The translations under genes and the position numbers were made by a program. Shown here piece by piece: positions 49,453 through 62,479 of a DNA stretch of 64,000 nt. The notes under the pieces are model-generated. The model was not told where the DNA came from. It worked only from the letters and a program-made list of their open reading frames with translations, and did not search any database. This stretch comes from Eledone cirrhosa (taxonomy: Eukaryota). Every line of letters begins with the position of its first letter. Within the stretch, counting starts at the first letter, position 1. The stretch spans positions 250,108,001 to 250,172,000 of the forward strand of contig OZ024740.1 in assembly GCA_964016885.1 (NCBI GenBank), written 5' to 3'.

Positions 49453-52233
49453 TAGAGGTAGTTCGAGTTAGTAATCAAATAATTAAGCTTAGATTAGTTG
49501 TAGGCAGGAGACTACTGACAATCATCTCTGCCTATGCTCCCCAAGCAGGCCTAGGCAAAGAAGAGAAAGACTGCTTTTACGAGCAACTTTTACAAACAAG
49601 CGCAATGACAGAGGACGGAGACATCGTTATGCTAGCAGGCGACTGCAATGGTCATGTTGGACAGCTGCAGGATGGTTACACTGGGGTACATGGTGGGCAT
49701 GGTTATGGCTCAAGAAATGAAGAAGGAGTGAGACTTCTTGAATTTTGTGATGCAAGTACACTGACTATTGGCAACACTAACTTTCAGAAACCTGCCAACC
49801 ACCTAATAACCTAAAAATCAGGCGAGCACATAAGCCAGATTGACTTCTTACTAGTTAGGCAGCGGGACAGGCAGATGGTGTCAAATACCAAGGCATACCC
49901 TGGGGAAGAATGTACCCCACAGCATAGGTTAGTCGTTAGTGATATCTCAGTAAGCAAGAGATGGAATGAGACATACAGGAAGGTGTGAAGAAGAAAGGTC
50001 TGGAAGCTAAAAGACCTTTCACTAAAATACAAATTTAGGAAAGCCCTTCAAGATGTGTATGACGAAAAAGAAGACGATTTGGAGACGTATGACATAGATA
50101 ATAACTGGAATTTCTTATATGACAACTTACTGCAGGTTACTGATGAAACTTGTGGCTGGAGCAGAGCTCCAACCAGACAGAGAGTGAACTGGTGGTGGAA
50201 CAGCACAGTAGATATGGCCATTAGAGACAAAAGACTAGCATGGAAGGCTTGGAAAAAGGGTGGGAGTAGGGAAGAATATACAGCCACTAAGAGAGAAGCT
50301 AGACGTCAGGTGTACTTAGCACGCAGGGAGGCTGAGAGTAGGAGGTTTGCCAATGTTCTGCGACGGGAAGATCAGAGACATGCGGTGTTCCACATTGCAA
50401 GGCAGTGTGTCAATGCAAATCAGGATGTTGTTGGTGATAAATGTGTCCGGGATGATGCCGGTGTACTTAGTGTCACGAATGACCAGAAAAAGGAGGCCTG
50501 GAAATGTCATTATGAGAGACTGATAAATGTTGAGAATGAATGGGAGAGAGAGGAATTACCCTCAGTAGATCCGACAGAGGGACCAGCTATTGAGATTGAC
50601 GAATATAGGGTCCAAGAGGCGATTAAGGAAATGAAAAATGGTAAGGCTGCTGGACCGTCAGGGATAGTTGCTGAGATGTTGAAGGCATCAGGGGACGTAG
50701 GCACTAAACTGGTTGCACGCATCATCAATCAGGCTATATATGGTGGTGTCAACCCAAAGACTGGTGCAGCAGTATTCTCATAAATTGCTACAAAGGTAAA
50801 GGGGATGCTCTGGAGAGGAGCAATTATAGGGGTATAAAACTGATGGATCAGGTTATGAAAGTGGCAGAAAGGATATTAGCACAACTAATTAGAGAAAGGG
50901 TCAAACTAGATGAGATGCAGTTTGGTTTTGTGCCTGGGAAAAGTACAACAGATGCCCTCTTCTTGGTGAGACAATTGCAAGAGAGGTTCTTAGAGAAGAA
51001 TAAGCCACTATACTTAGCCTTTGTTGACCTAGAGAAGGCCTTTCATAGGGTACTCCAATCTGTCATCTGGTGGTCCCTAAGGAAACTAGGTGTTGAGGAA
51101 TGGCTCGTGAGGACAGTGCAAACTTTGTACAGAGGTACTCTCAGTAAAGTCAGGGTAGGAATGGAGTTTAGTGAGGAATTCCAGATACAAGTAGGAGTAC
51201 ATCAGGGTTCGATCCTCAGCCTGCTCTTGTTCATTATAGTCCTCCAAGCTATAACAGAGAAGTTTAAGACTGGCTGTCCATGGGAACTTCTCTATGCTGA
51301 CGATCTGGTTCTTATAGCAGAATCAGTAGAGGAGCTAGAGAATACATTCTGGCTATGGAAACAGCAGTTGGAAGCAAGAGGACTGAGAGTGAACCTAGCT
51401 AAGACAAAAGTGTTGATGAGTAGAAAAGAGGACAAAACTCTGATTCCATCAGGGAAATGGCCATGTTCGATATGCAGAAAAGGAACTGGCATAAATTCTA
51501 TAAAATGCACACAATGCAGATCCTGGGTACACAAGAGATGTAGTGGGATAGCAGGCAAACTAACAGGTAGACACATTTTTCAAATGCAGGCGGGTGTTAT
51601 AGAAGTGGTTGATAGCTTTCAGTACCTAGGAGATCAGATTAGCATGGGAGGGGGCTCCGAGGCCATAGTATCTAGAATAAGAACGGGTTGGAAGAAGTTT
51701 AGGGAGCTGCTTCCTCTGCTGACGAAGAAGGGTTTCTCCCTGCGTACGAAAGGCTGGTTATATGATGCCTGAGTGAAAAGCGCGATGCTGCATGGTAGTG
51801 AGACATGGGCAGCAACTACAGAGGATATGCGACGGCTGGAGAGAAATGAAGCAAGCATGCTCCGTTGGATGCGCAATGTCAATGTGTGTGAATGACCCAG
51901 CATGAATGTGTTGAGAGAGAAACTGTGTCTGAGAGGGATAGAATGTAGTGTACGGGAAAGGAGACTGAGGTGGTATGGACATGTGGTGCGCATGGAGGAT
52001 GACCGATGGGTGAAGAAGTGCCAGGAAATGCCAGTTGAAGGAAGACGTGGTAGAGGTAGACCACGAAAAACATGGGCGGAGGTGGTGAGAACAGACCTCA
52101 GATCGCTGAAGCTCTCGGTGGAGATGACGAAGGACCGTGACGAGTGGAGAGATGCTGTGCTGAATAAGACCCGTCCCACCCTTGCAAGCAGGGAAAAGCG
52201 GATGTAAAATGATGATGATGATGATGATGATGA
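49453..52233 (+). mobile_element. 5'-truncated RTE family B
   Basis: ISAYAPQ, VNWWWN, QFGF, DLEKAF, LYADD, a partial PHD and RLRWYGH, with a (GAT)n tail. Confidence 0.92.
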
Positions 52234-52240
52234 TATATAT

Positions 52241-52366
52241 AAATGGCTTCTATAGGACTAGAACTGTTTCATTCGAAGGGCTTCCCTGATAATTTCCTTC
52301 GAATGAAACAGTTCTAGTCCTGTAGAAGCCATTTAAATATTTATACTCTGCTATGTATTGAGTACC
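52241..52366. repeat. Palindromic cassette (52241-52279 / 52296-52334) with degenerate hammerhead core
   Basis: CTGATAA (52286-92)-tttccttcgaat-GAAA-cagttc-TA. The tail is shared with 6251-6282. Confidence 0.65.
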
Positions 52367-52529
52367 TTACTTACTGTGGTTACCCTTGATTGAACCCGGG
52401 ATACACACACACACACACACATATATATAGATAGATACTAATTTAAAGTATCAAATGTCCATTGAGTTTTTCCACTGTGAAATATATTCACCATACATAT
52501 TATATATGTTATGATACTTTAAATTAGAA

Positions 52530-52700
52530 TATATCTGCTCCAAATTCTTAATTTGTTGAGTTGCACATCTTTCTAGTGGATGTCCAGTCCTATATATATC
52601 TGACCAAACTTACTTCACATCTCAAGGTATGGATTGACTACTTCTCAGAACATGACAGATACAAAGGCATTTTGTACTTTATTGGAACTTATACAAAGAT
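52530..52700 (-). mobile_element. Possible PLE GIY-YIG remnant
   Basis: Minus strand gives GQIYIG.TGHPL...QQI across frameshifts. A short IR ctaatttaaagtatca / tgatactttaaattag lies at 52438-52527. Confidence 0.4.
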
Positions 52701-52930
52701 GATTTCCTCTAACGATCCGTTTTGCATCTTCCGGCGCTCTACCAAAATTGATAGTTGGTAATCAATGATCGATTGCTTAGATTGATTTTCTCTCTGGTTT
52801 TACTAATTATGAAATGGCAGCCATAAGGAAAATAATAACTTTTCCACCTTAAAGTATATACTGTTTCCCAAATATTATATACTTTATATATATATAATAT
52901 ATATATATATATAATATATATATATATAAT

Positions 52931-52993
52931 ATAGAAAGATTTGAATGGATACAGTTCCTTTCAACTAAACTGTATCCATTCAAATCTTTCTAT
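52931..52993. repeat. Short palindrome next to (TA)n
   Basis: atagaaagatttgaatggatacagtt / aactgtatccattcaaatctttctat. Confidence 0.85.
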
Positions 52994-53245
52994 TTTTCTC
53001 CGGATTACTTTTGGAACTACAACTGGAACCGTCGAGCAAACTCTACGTGAGCTGTCAATCTACTGTGTGTAATATTTATATTACAATACAACGGAAAATA
53101 CTGTATATATATAATATATATATATATATAATATATATATATATAATATATATATATATATACAAAATACTGTTTCCATCATGATATCTGGCTATATACA
53201 TATATTTTTTAATTTGAATTATATATACTATATATTACAAAATAT

Positions 53246-54551
53246 ATTCCAAACATGGAAGCAGGGCCTAGAAACAAGGGGTCTTAAAGTCAACCTGAGA
53301 AAGACTAGGGTTCTAGTAAGTAGAAGAGAAAACAGAACCCTGATCCCCTCAGGTAAATGGCCTTGATCAGTTTGTAAGAAAGGTGTAGGTAGAAATTCCA
53401 TCCTCTGCCCCAAATGCAAACTATGGGTACACAAGAGATGTAGTTGGATCTCAGCACCAAGACTGTAGGCAGCAAACAACCACAGGAAACAAGCGCTATC
53501 AAATTCCAAGAAGGCTCGGTAGAAGCATGAGACACCTTCTGCTAGCTGGGTGACAAATCAGCAGCGGAGGTGAGTGCCTGAAGGTATAGTAGCCAGGGTG
53601 AGAACGGGATGGAAAAATTTCGGGAGCTACTACTACTGCTAGCTACAAAAGGCTTCTCCCTCAGAATGAAAGGTAGATTGTATGATGCATGTATACAAAC
53701 AGCAGTGTTGCACTTTTAATGGAGACCTGGGCACTGTGTGCAGAAGACTTGCATAGTTTCGAAAGAAATGAAGCCTGCATGCTCCGATGGATGTGTAACA
53801 GTAATATACTTGAACGGCAAAGCATAAAAGAACTGAGAGACAAACTAGGCATAAGAGGAATCAGTGGCAGCGTGCAAGAGAGGAGATTACATTGGTATGG
53901 ACATGTGATGCATATGAAGGATGACAGCTGTATAAAAAGATGCAGAGCGTTCAAAGTTGATGGCAGCCTTGGAGTGGGGAGGCCCAGGAAGACTTAGGAT
54001 GAGGTGATAAAAGCTGACCATGCACAATTGAACCTCTCAAAGGCAATGACACAGGACTGAGATCTCTGGTGTTATGCAGTAATACAGAAGACCCAATTCT
54101 CCATGGGCACAAGTTGAAGCTGAAGCATATATATATATGTAGTATGCACCACCCCATCCACCCACTCCCATAGATCTCCCATGAGGACAGGCTGAAGTAT
54201 ACATCCAGGGAAGCCTCCAGCCCACACTGAAAAGTGGTGGTGATGGTAACACGGCAAAAAGCACCCAGCCCACACTGTAAAGTGATCTTGTAGGGGCCAC
54301 GACAAAAAGCACCCAGTCCACACTGTAAAGTGGTCATGTAGTGATCACGACCAAAAGCACACAGTACTCACTGTAAACGAGGTTGGCATTAGGAAAAGCA
54401 TCCAGCTGCAGAAACCAAGTCAGAATCAGTTCTGTATGAACAAAACATGGTCACTTGACCTGGCATTGCTCAGAATAGATCAACTCGTCTAACCCATGCT
54501 AGCGTGGAAAAATGGACATTAAACTGTGGTGATGATGATGATGATAATGAT
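53246..54551 (+). mobile_element. 5'-truncated RTE (family A-like) with ~48-bp tandem repeats in its 3'UTR
   Basis: FQTWKQGLE, PHD remnant and ERRLHWYGH. aaaagcacccagcccacactgtaaagtg occurs about 4 times (54215-54378). (GAT)n tail. Confidence 0.88.
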
Positions 54552-54552
54552 A

Positions 54553-57500
54553 CTAGTGGGACCCATGGAAATTCTACGGACAAAAAAATTAAGAGGAGCT
54601 AAGAAAAGAAGGATGATTTGCATTTCTATTGCATATAAATCTTATTGTTGCTTGTGCAATAAATAATACATAAATGTACAAAAACAATCTATACAATACT
54701 TAATACACATATTCTTTAGTATTTAATTCTATTGAAACTGCAAGATTAATATAATAGCATATTCCTCAATGTGTAATATTTTATAATTACTTTACCTTAT
54801 ATACAAATACAAAATGATAGAGAAAATATACACAAACTTTTTATTTAACTGATTAGTTTCAATTCTATTGCAACTGGCAATTGGCTCTGAATTATCTTAA
54901 TAGCTGTTTGCATACAATGTTCTTTGTCACAGTTTTATTACCTCGCCTTCCTTGCTTATCAGTGTTCAATACTTTAATTTTTACAGCTGACTACCTGCGA
55001 ACTCTTGAAAAAGCAACATACAATTGCCCATGGCTAAGTACTGGCTCAGGAAGGAACAGACACACTTTATCGTATATTTGACCCTGGCTCTTGTTGATTG
55101 TCATAGCATACGACAGTCTTAATGGAAACTGGGTTCTTTCCAAAGTAAAAGGGATGTTGGGATCACTGGTGGCTAACTTCAGTCCTGGGATAAAAACACG
55201 CCTGCCCATCAAAGGACCATTGATATGATAAACTTCGATAAAATGTTGATGCATTCCCACTACTTCTAATCGTGTGCCATTGCATAATCCATTCTGGATT
55301 GAAATATTCTGTAGAAGCATTATTAATGATCCTGTTTTTAATTTGAGCTTGTGTAGCAGCATACCAAAAGGCAGTTCAGAAATTCAGTAGAATATCTGTC
55401 CGCCTCTGTAGACTCATCAGTGAGTACTCTATCTGTACTGTAATAAGTATGGCTGTTACCAGGGAGTTGTCTGAGAACCTCTTCAATTAATAGGCAATCA
55501 GCATTCTTGGGAGATAAAATGACATGCACTTTTTTGTCTTGTGTTGTATCGCTGAAAGTCTGTTTTACTAAATAGTCATTTACACATGATAATGGAAGCA
55601 CTTCAACATGATAATGGAAGCACTTCAACATCATCTTCATTCATATTCAATTGGAGGGGCTGTTCCATTTCCAAGACGTAGTAGCCACTTTGTAAACTCT
55701 CTCTGATCTTCTCTTACTCTGATATTATTGCTTAATCTAAAATGTTGAAAGAAGTGCCACAAATAGGAGTTTTTACGGCATATTTCTAATGTGGCTTCAT
55801 GGGAACTCCTTGGTAATAATGGCAGCAGTTGCCTGAAGTCACCTCCCAAAAGCAAAACTTTTCCTTCAAACACTTCATTAACACCTGTGATGCCTTGAAA
55901 GCACTTATGAATGGCAAGAATTGCATGGGAAGGAATAATAGAAGCCTCATCCAAGTTTCATAAGTAATTGGCATGGTCAGATGAGCCAGACACATTACAC
56001 GCACTGGTCTCTGTTAGTGGGATAGATAGTTTAAATAGATTGTGCATCATTCTACCTCCCAGCTGCAGTGTAGACACAATGCTGGTCCAAGCATCACAAC
56101 ACACCTGATAGTCCTTTATCTGAAGGTGCATCTGCATAGAAGCAGGTATGTGCTGGCTCTTCACTTTTTCTCCTCTGTTGAATGGCATCAGCAATCATTT
56201 GTTGCTCTTCAGTAAGAGAATCAATGTCGGGTTGAAGCATCTCAATGGGCTAAGGTAGGCCCAGTCTTGCACAGTTGGTACCATTTTCAATCAATATTGC
56301 GTTAATGTAACCAAGTGCTATGTTTTCATTCAGACCAGGTTGCAAGCAGGCCTCTTTGAAGGTTTGAAATGTTTCTCCCTCCACTGTTCGTAGTTCTTCA
56401 AAACTCTTAGCGCCTGGCACGTGAAGTAACAATACTCTTAAATAAAAATTTTCAACTACTCTGTGAGCTGACTGTGTTATTGTTCCTTCTTCTTGGTATT
56501 ATTGTTCCTTCTTCTTGGCATCCATTTACTGTCGGTATCGTTCAACACGTAGTGTTTGGGAATTTCTGGATATAGGAACTTATTTGCACTTTTGTCTTCA
56601 TTTAACTTGAACCAGGCAGTAAGGGTTGTGTCTCAGTGTCCCTGTATTTCTACTGCAACCTGAGCATTGCCTCTTTGAAAGTAAACTCTGTTTGTTCTCC
56701 AGGTGTATGGCTAGCCTGTACACTGTATGCAATGTATCATGAAGCTTAAATTCAGAGAGGCGCCACACTGCTTCTGGCAGAGACACATACCTGCAACCAA
56801 GATAGGTTCTTATTTCATCATGGTTGTGTTGGTTCTGAGTATCATTAGGTAATGCATTATCCATTACTTCTATAGACAGACAATCATGCCCCTTGTAGAC
56901 ATATTTAAATAGGTACTTGACTCTTTTTACAGAAGAGCAAACTTCAACATTAACATGTACATTATATTTCTTAAGCAAAAAGACATTAAACAGCACAACA
57001 TTCCTGTTATCTATTGAATATCATCCAATTTGTACTGTACATCCTGTCTTCTGCCTCCTGTACTCTGGCTATCAATTTAGATTCAACAATGTTTCTTCTC
57101 TGTAGGTTTTTGGATAGTTCTTTGAGCAAAATTTATTTTGCATGTATGAGGAAGGATTACCAGAACCACATGGCTCATGAATCATAAACTTTTTAACCTG
57201 CTCATGTCGCACTGGATCATCTTCCAATGCAAGTATTTCTACTGACATGATTCTGTCAATGTCTTCTCTGTTTCATAGCTTGTCTTCGTTTCTTAAGATG
57301 ACAAACATATGGTAATAATAAAGTCCTCTTTTTTGGAACTCAATGACATGGACATGAGCCACTGGCAAGAATGTGACTTTCTTTGATATCTTTTATCATT
57401 TTAGAAAGCTGAACCTTAAAAATTTGGGCAACTAAATCTGATCTATTTTGTGCTGCTTCATTTTGAATTAGATTATTCTGAATATCAGGGCATTTAGGGC

Positions 57501-59638
57501 TGCATGTATAAGTTATAAAAGTATCTGGCTTGTCATATTCGGTAACAATTGTCATAGCATCCTGAAAGTACTGATGCATGTTTCTTGGGCTGCCAGTGAA
57601 GGACATGGCAAAATAACTGGCACCCCAGGCTCACTACTACAATCTGCTCCTCTCTTTAGATAATCTATTAATCTATTGTACTCATCCACTCGCAATTGGG
57701 CTTGATTGTTCCTTAAGTATTAGAGCCTGTATACCTCTACTTTCACATAGGTATTCACTACATACTGCTGAAATAATTCACCTGCCCTATGAATCATACA
57801 GAATCCTCCTCTATATGCTACACAGTATTTGTAATACTTCTGCATTCTCAGTCTATTGCAGATGCATGCCACTATGCCACCCAAATTCACCATGTGGAAA
57901 CAATAAAGGGTAGGTCATGGAGGTCTAAGTGGCATGAAATATATGGTATTTTCTGAGTAGGATTGTATTTAGGGTAGATGACAATATCTATGTGTACAGG
58001 TGGTGCACCATCTATCCCCACAAAAACAACAGCTATTTCATTACTAGTTGGTAAATTGTAGCGTCTCATATCTGATCTTCTGGTAAATCTTCATTCATAG
58101 TTCTGTACGGGACGATTTTCTCTTCTTGCTCTTTGTTGTTCTTGTTCTCTGGCATGCATTGTTTTGTACACTTCGACATATGGATTACATTCATGCAACA
58201 CCTCACTTATCATAGTCGTTGTTTGCGGTGAGCAGTCATTATTTGGCGGCACTTCCAATCTGTGCTGCACAGCTTCATTTGCATCAATAATATATAGCTG
58301 GCCATATGGTGGTGTATTTTCCTCAGGGTACAGAGGTGTGATATTGTGATATGTTTGACCCTGAATACGAAAGCAATGCGGGCCTCTGCCAGGTGGTAAG
58401 GTAAGTTTAACACCAAATGAAGCAAAAGAAAATGCACAGTTGTAATTGCAGATGTTCCTGCGGAATGCAACTGCTTCCTGGTCTCCTTCAAAGAGATTGT
58501 TCAGTCTCTCAGGGTATTTGCAATGGAGGCAGCACAACATTTCCCTTATTACAACAGATATAATTTTCATTTCTAAATTTCAAAGCTCCACAATGATCGC
58601 ACAAAACATTCATATCACCAATACAAGATTCTTCTACATTGCCATTAATATTAATTGCTAGGCAATTTCTCCTATGTCACTCACAATGCATTCTATTCTG
58701 TCTTGAGCAGTTCTTGAACATTCATGTTCTCTATTCTAAGTTCATGCACCTCTCTCTGCTGCTCAAGATAATGTGCTCATTCTTTCTTAAGCATGTGATC
58801 TCTCCTTTCTTGTTACCTAAGTTGATCACGCTCTAAATGTAATGCATGTTCTTCTGGGACCACATTATCTCTTCTTTCTTGGGTGGTGGATTGGCGGTAT
58901 CGGTAGGGGGTCGGACGCCATGCTTTCCAGCATAGTTACGTCCCTTTACGATCTGAGTTCAAATCCCGCCGAGGTTGACTTTGCCTTTCATCCTTACGGG
59001 GTCGATAAAATAAAGTACCAGTAATGCACTGGGTAATTGCTGGCCTTGTGCCTAAAGTAGAAACAATTATCTCTTCTTTCTTGCTGTCTGAGTCTTTCTT
59101 TCTCCAGATATTCTTGATGTTCATCTTGTAGCATATTGTCTCTTCTTTCTTGTCTTAGTCTAGCCTGCTCTAAAACAATATGCCCCTATTCTTCATTCAT
59201 TTCCCCATGTCTCTGTTGTTGACCTGTTTGATCTGTGCTCTTTATCTGTGTATCATTTCTTGAGCAACTTGCAACCATCTTTCTTGGCATAAAATGAATA
59301 AATCCATTTTATTAAGGGTGTCTTTGTGCAAGTAATAAATGTATGTAAAAAAATTCTTAATATAGATATATTAGGTACATGTATGAACTGGTAGGTTAAG
59401 GGTAAATGTGTATTTGCATGTGTGTATGTATGTGCATATACACATGTATACATATGTATACATTTATATGTATGAGTATATAGATATAAATGCACAAACA
59501 TATATACACTCACACATACATACACTCGCACACATACACTAACACAAATGCACACACACTCGCACACATCTACACATACATATACATAAACAGACAAAAA
59601 ATTATTATTACATACACAGCGTTCTAGGATTCATTAGA
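54553..59638 (-). mobile_element. Large degenerate Rep-Hel Helitron
   Basis: Rep: FTGSPR.M...QDAM, EFQKRG, HVNVEVC...KYLFKYVYKGHD, YVS.PEAVWR. Helicase: [51 protein letters not shown]. 3' hairpin and CTAG at 54553-54556. The 5' end is uncertain. Confidence 0.92.
58882..59065 (+). mobile_element. Young S1 SINE inside the Helitron
   Basis: 18-bp TSD attatctcttctttcttg at 58864-58881 and 59066-59083. Confidence 0.92.
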
Positions 59639-59870
59639 ATTGTGTGTGCGTGTATGTGTATATGCATATGTATACATTTATATATATGAGTATATAAATA
59701 TAAACATGCAAACACAAATACATTCACATAAAACACACATACACTCACACAAACACACACATACACTCACAAAAACACACACACTCACAAAAACACACAT
59801 ACTCACAAATACACTTACACAAGTGCAGTTAATCTTGCAATGTGTGTATGTAATAATTATTTTGTATAAT

Positions 59871-60056
59871 TGTTTCTATGTTAGGCACAAGGCCAGCAAT
59901 TATCCAGTGTATTACTGGTACTTTATTTTATCGACCCCGTAAGGATGAAAGGCAAAGTTAACCTCGACGGGATTTGAACTGAGAATGGCAAGGGCCGTAA
60001 CTCTATGCGTCAAAGCATGGCGTCCGACCCTCAACCGATACTGCCAATCCACCGCC
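59871..60056 (-). mobile_element. Young S1 SINE
   Basis: 18-bp TSD ataattattttgtataat at 59853-59870 and 60057-60074. Confidence 0.92.
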
Positions 60057-60233
60057 ATAATTATTTTGTATAATGTCTCTATTTATGAATATATGTGTTG
60101 ATGTGTGTGTTTGTGTGAGTGTATATGTTGCCAGTGTATCTGTTTACGTTTTTATGTGTATGTATCCAAAAGGTAACGTACACATGAATGAATGGACAAA
60201 ACACACAACGAATTATATATATATATATATGTT

Positions 60234-60508
60234 TTAGGTAATTCCGAAGGAAAAGCAAAGGAAAAAAGAGTGCTCTATGTATAGAACAGAGCTATTTAAT
60301 TAGAAAGTGAACAACACAAAATATAACTACTCCATTACCAAAGGTTTCTGGATCCCAGAGAATATTAATATAAATATTTAAACTCTCATTTCATATTTTT
60401 TATCCATAACATCTCTGTCTGATGACCGATCCAGATGTATATTAATAGTGTCTGGGATTCAGAAACCTTTGGTAATGGAGTTATTATATTTTGTGTTCAC
60501 TTTCTAAT

Positions 60509-60512
<4 letters not shown>
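60234..60512. mobile_element. Palindromic cassette family F2 between (TA)n tracts
   Basis: Arms ~60296-60370 / ~60440-60512. Homologous to 47108-47308. Confidence 0.8.
60413..60480 (+). ncRNA. Type I hammerhead ribozyme
   Basis: ctctgt, CTGATGA (60419-25), stem II ccagat..tatt/aata..gtctgg, GAAA (60462-65), cc-ttt-gg, TA, atggag. GUA triplet; stem I has two GU pairs. Confidence 0.7.
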
Positions 60513-60551
<39 letters not shown>

Positions 60552-60553
60552 GT

Positions 60554-60590
<37 letters not shown>

Positions 60591-60594
<4 letters not shown>

Positions 60595-60978
60595 CAGCGA
60601 GTTCGCGGTAATTCCTATGTAGGTTATACTTGGAGTAATAATAGTGAAAGAATGAAGAGTAACAAGGTTGACTGTACAACAAGGGGCTTTATTTCAGGTA
60701 TTGACAATTGTTTCATTGATCAGGTGAGTTTAGAGGTCGCTAATCGCTCAAAGTTGCGTCATTCGATCTCCATTACATTATTTACCTCTGATTTAATGGA
60801 GATCGAGTGATACAACTTCGAGTGATTAGCAGCCTCTAGACTCACCTGATCAATGAAACAATTGTGAATACCTGAAATAAAGCCCCTTGTTGTACAGCCA
60901 ACCATGTTACTCTTCATTCTTTAACTATTATTACTCCAAGTATAACCTGCATAGGAATTACCGCGACCTCGCTGCCTA
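60591..60978. mobile_element. Palindromic cassette (arms ~185 bp) with 3' half of a hammerhead
   Basis: taggcagcgag... / ...ctcgctgccta. The minus strand of arm 1 has GAAA-caattg-TC. Starts at (TA)n. Confidence 0.8.
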
Positions 60979-61119
60979 ACTATGGAAACATCTTGTTGAG
61001 TCAAACAAAGCCGTATGTTAAAACTATCCATAACGCAGCATACTCACAACTTCTAACTGGATTACCTATAACGATAACTTGTTACCCCATATATATATAT
61101 ATATACGAGTATATGTGTG

Positions 61120-61536
61120 TGTGCAAAAAGTAAACGGAAAAAACAAAACAAATAACTCAGTACAATGAAAAAATATATTAGTTTAACACTTCATATAGTA
61201 GGAAAAGAGATTTTATATTTCAGACACTAGTCATTCATCAGAAGATAGAATGAAAAATAAAAGACGAAATAGGAAGATAGAGAGTGAGAAAAAAAAGGAA
61301 TGAAAAAAAAATCTTTGAGAAAAAGCACATGTGTATTCAATATATATATTCAGCATACTGACTGAATACACGTCTTTTTCTCCTATTTCGTCTTTTATTT
61401 TTCATTCTATCTTCTGATGAATGACTAGTGTCTGAAATATAAAATCTCTTTTCCTACTATATGAAGTGTTAAACTAATATATTTCTTCATTGTACTGAGT
61501 TATTTGTTTTGTTTTTTACTGTTTACTTTTTGCACA
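61120..61536. mobile_element. Palindromic cassette (arms ~155 bp) with hammerhead-like core
   Basis: Arms 61120-61274 / 61381-61536. CTGATGA-at-gac-tagt-gtc-t-GAAA at 61414-61437 and mirrored in the other arm. Stems I and III are not evident. Confidence 0.75.
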
Positions 61537-61557
61537 AAGTGACACACATGTACATAT

Positions 61558-61604
<47 letters not shown>

Positions 61605-61828
61605 CTGATTAGAGCAAAAATCACAAGCACTCTATCTCAAAATTATTTTTGAAAAGCATAAGAAATGCGCAACCGGTAAAAACTTAAAACTAAAACTGAA
61701 TACTAACCAATACTTATTACTAATTTATACTTATTCCTAATTAAATTATTTTTCACTGGGAAAAATTTGTCAGCATTTTCTTTTCCTTTTTACTAATATA
61801 TCACAACTCGCGTGTCATGCCTCTATTT

Positions 61829-61859
<31 letters not shown>

Positions 61860-62211
61860 TATTTATTTATGTTCATACATGGAATAAAAGTGGTACTCAA
61901 GGTTTCAAGGCCTAAATTTAACCATAACCTTTCTTCAGATGCTTATATGAGATTACTGTTAATTGTAAAGCTTGTTAAAAATGGGTTTATGAGAAAACAT
62001 ATCATAACAAAGGGAAATAACTCCAAAATGAAAATTTGAAATTTGAGAAAATTCATGTGTTAGTGTTTATATGCTATACCAGACGTATTGTATTATGTGG
62101 TAGAATATAATATAGAGTTGGTAATATTTAATAAAGTATGGAATAGAGTTGTATAGAAAGTGAATTGTAATATGTAATTGAAGAAAGAGAAAGTGAAAGA
62201 AAAGATATAAT

Positions 62212-62398
62212 TGTTTCTACTTTAGGCACAAGGCCAGCAATTACCCAGTGCATTACTGGTACTTTATTTTATCGACCCCGTAAGGATGAAAGGCAAAGTC
62301 AACCTCGGCGGGATTTGAACTCAGATCGTAAAGGGACGTAACTATGCTGCAAAGCATGGCGTCTGACCCTCTACCGATACTGCCAATCCACCGCCCTT
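62212..62398 (-). mobile_element. Young S1 SINE
   Basis: 19-bp TSD gtgaaagaaaagatataat at 62193-62211 and 62399-62417. Confidence 0.92.
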
Positions 62399-62479
62399 GT
62401 GAAAGAAAAGATATAATGGAACCATATTAATCAATTTAAGGTGATTGAAAATCAGTTGAATTTGTTGAGTATCTCCATT

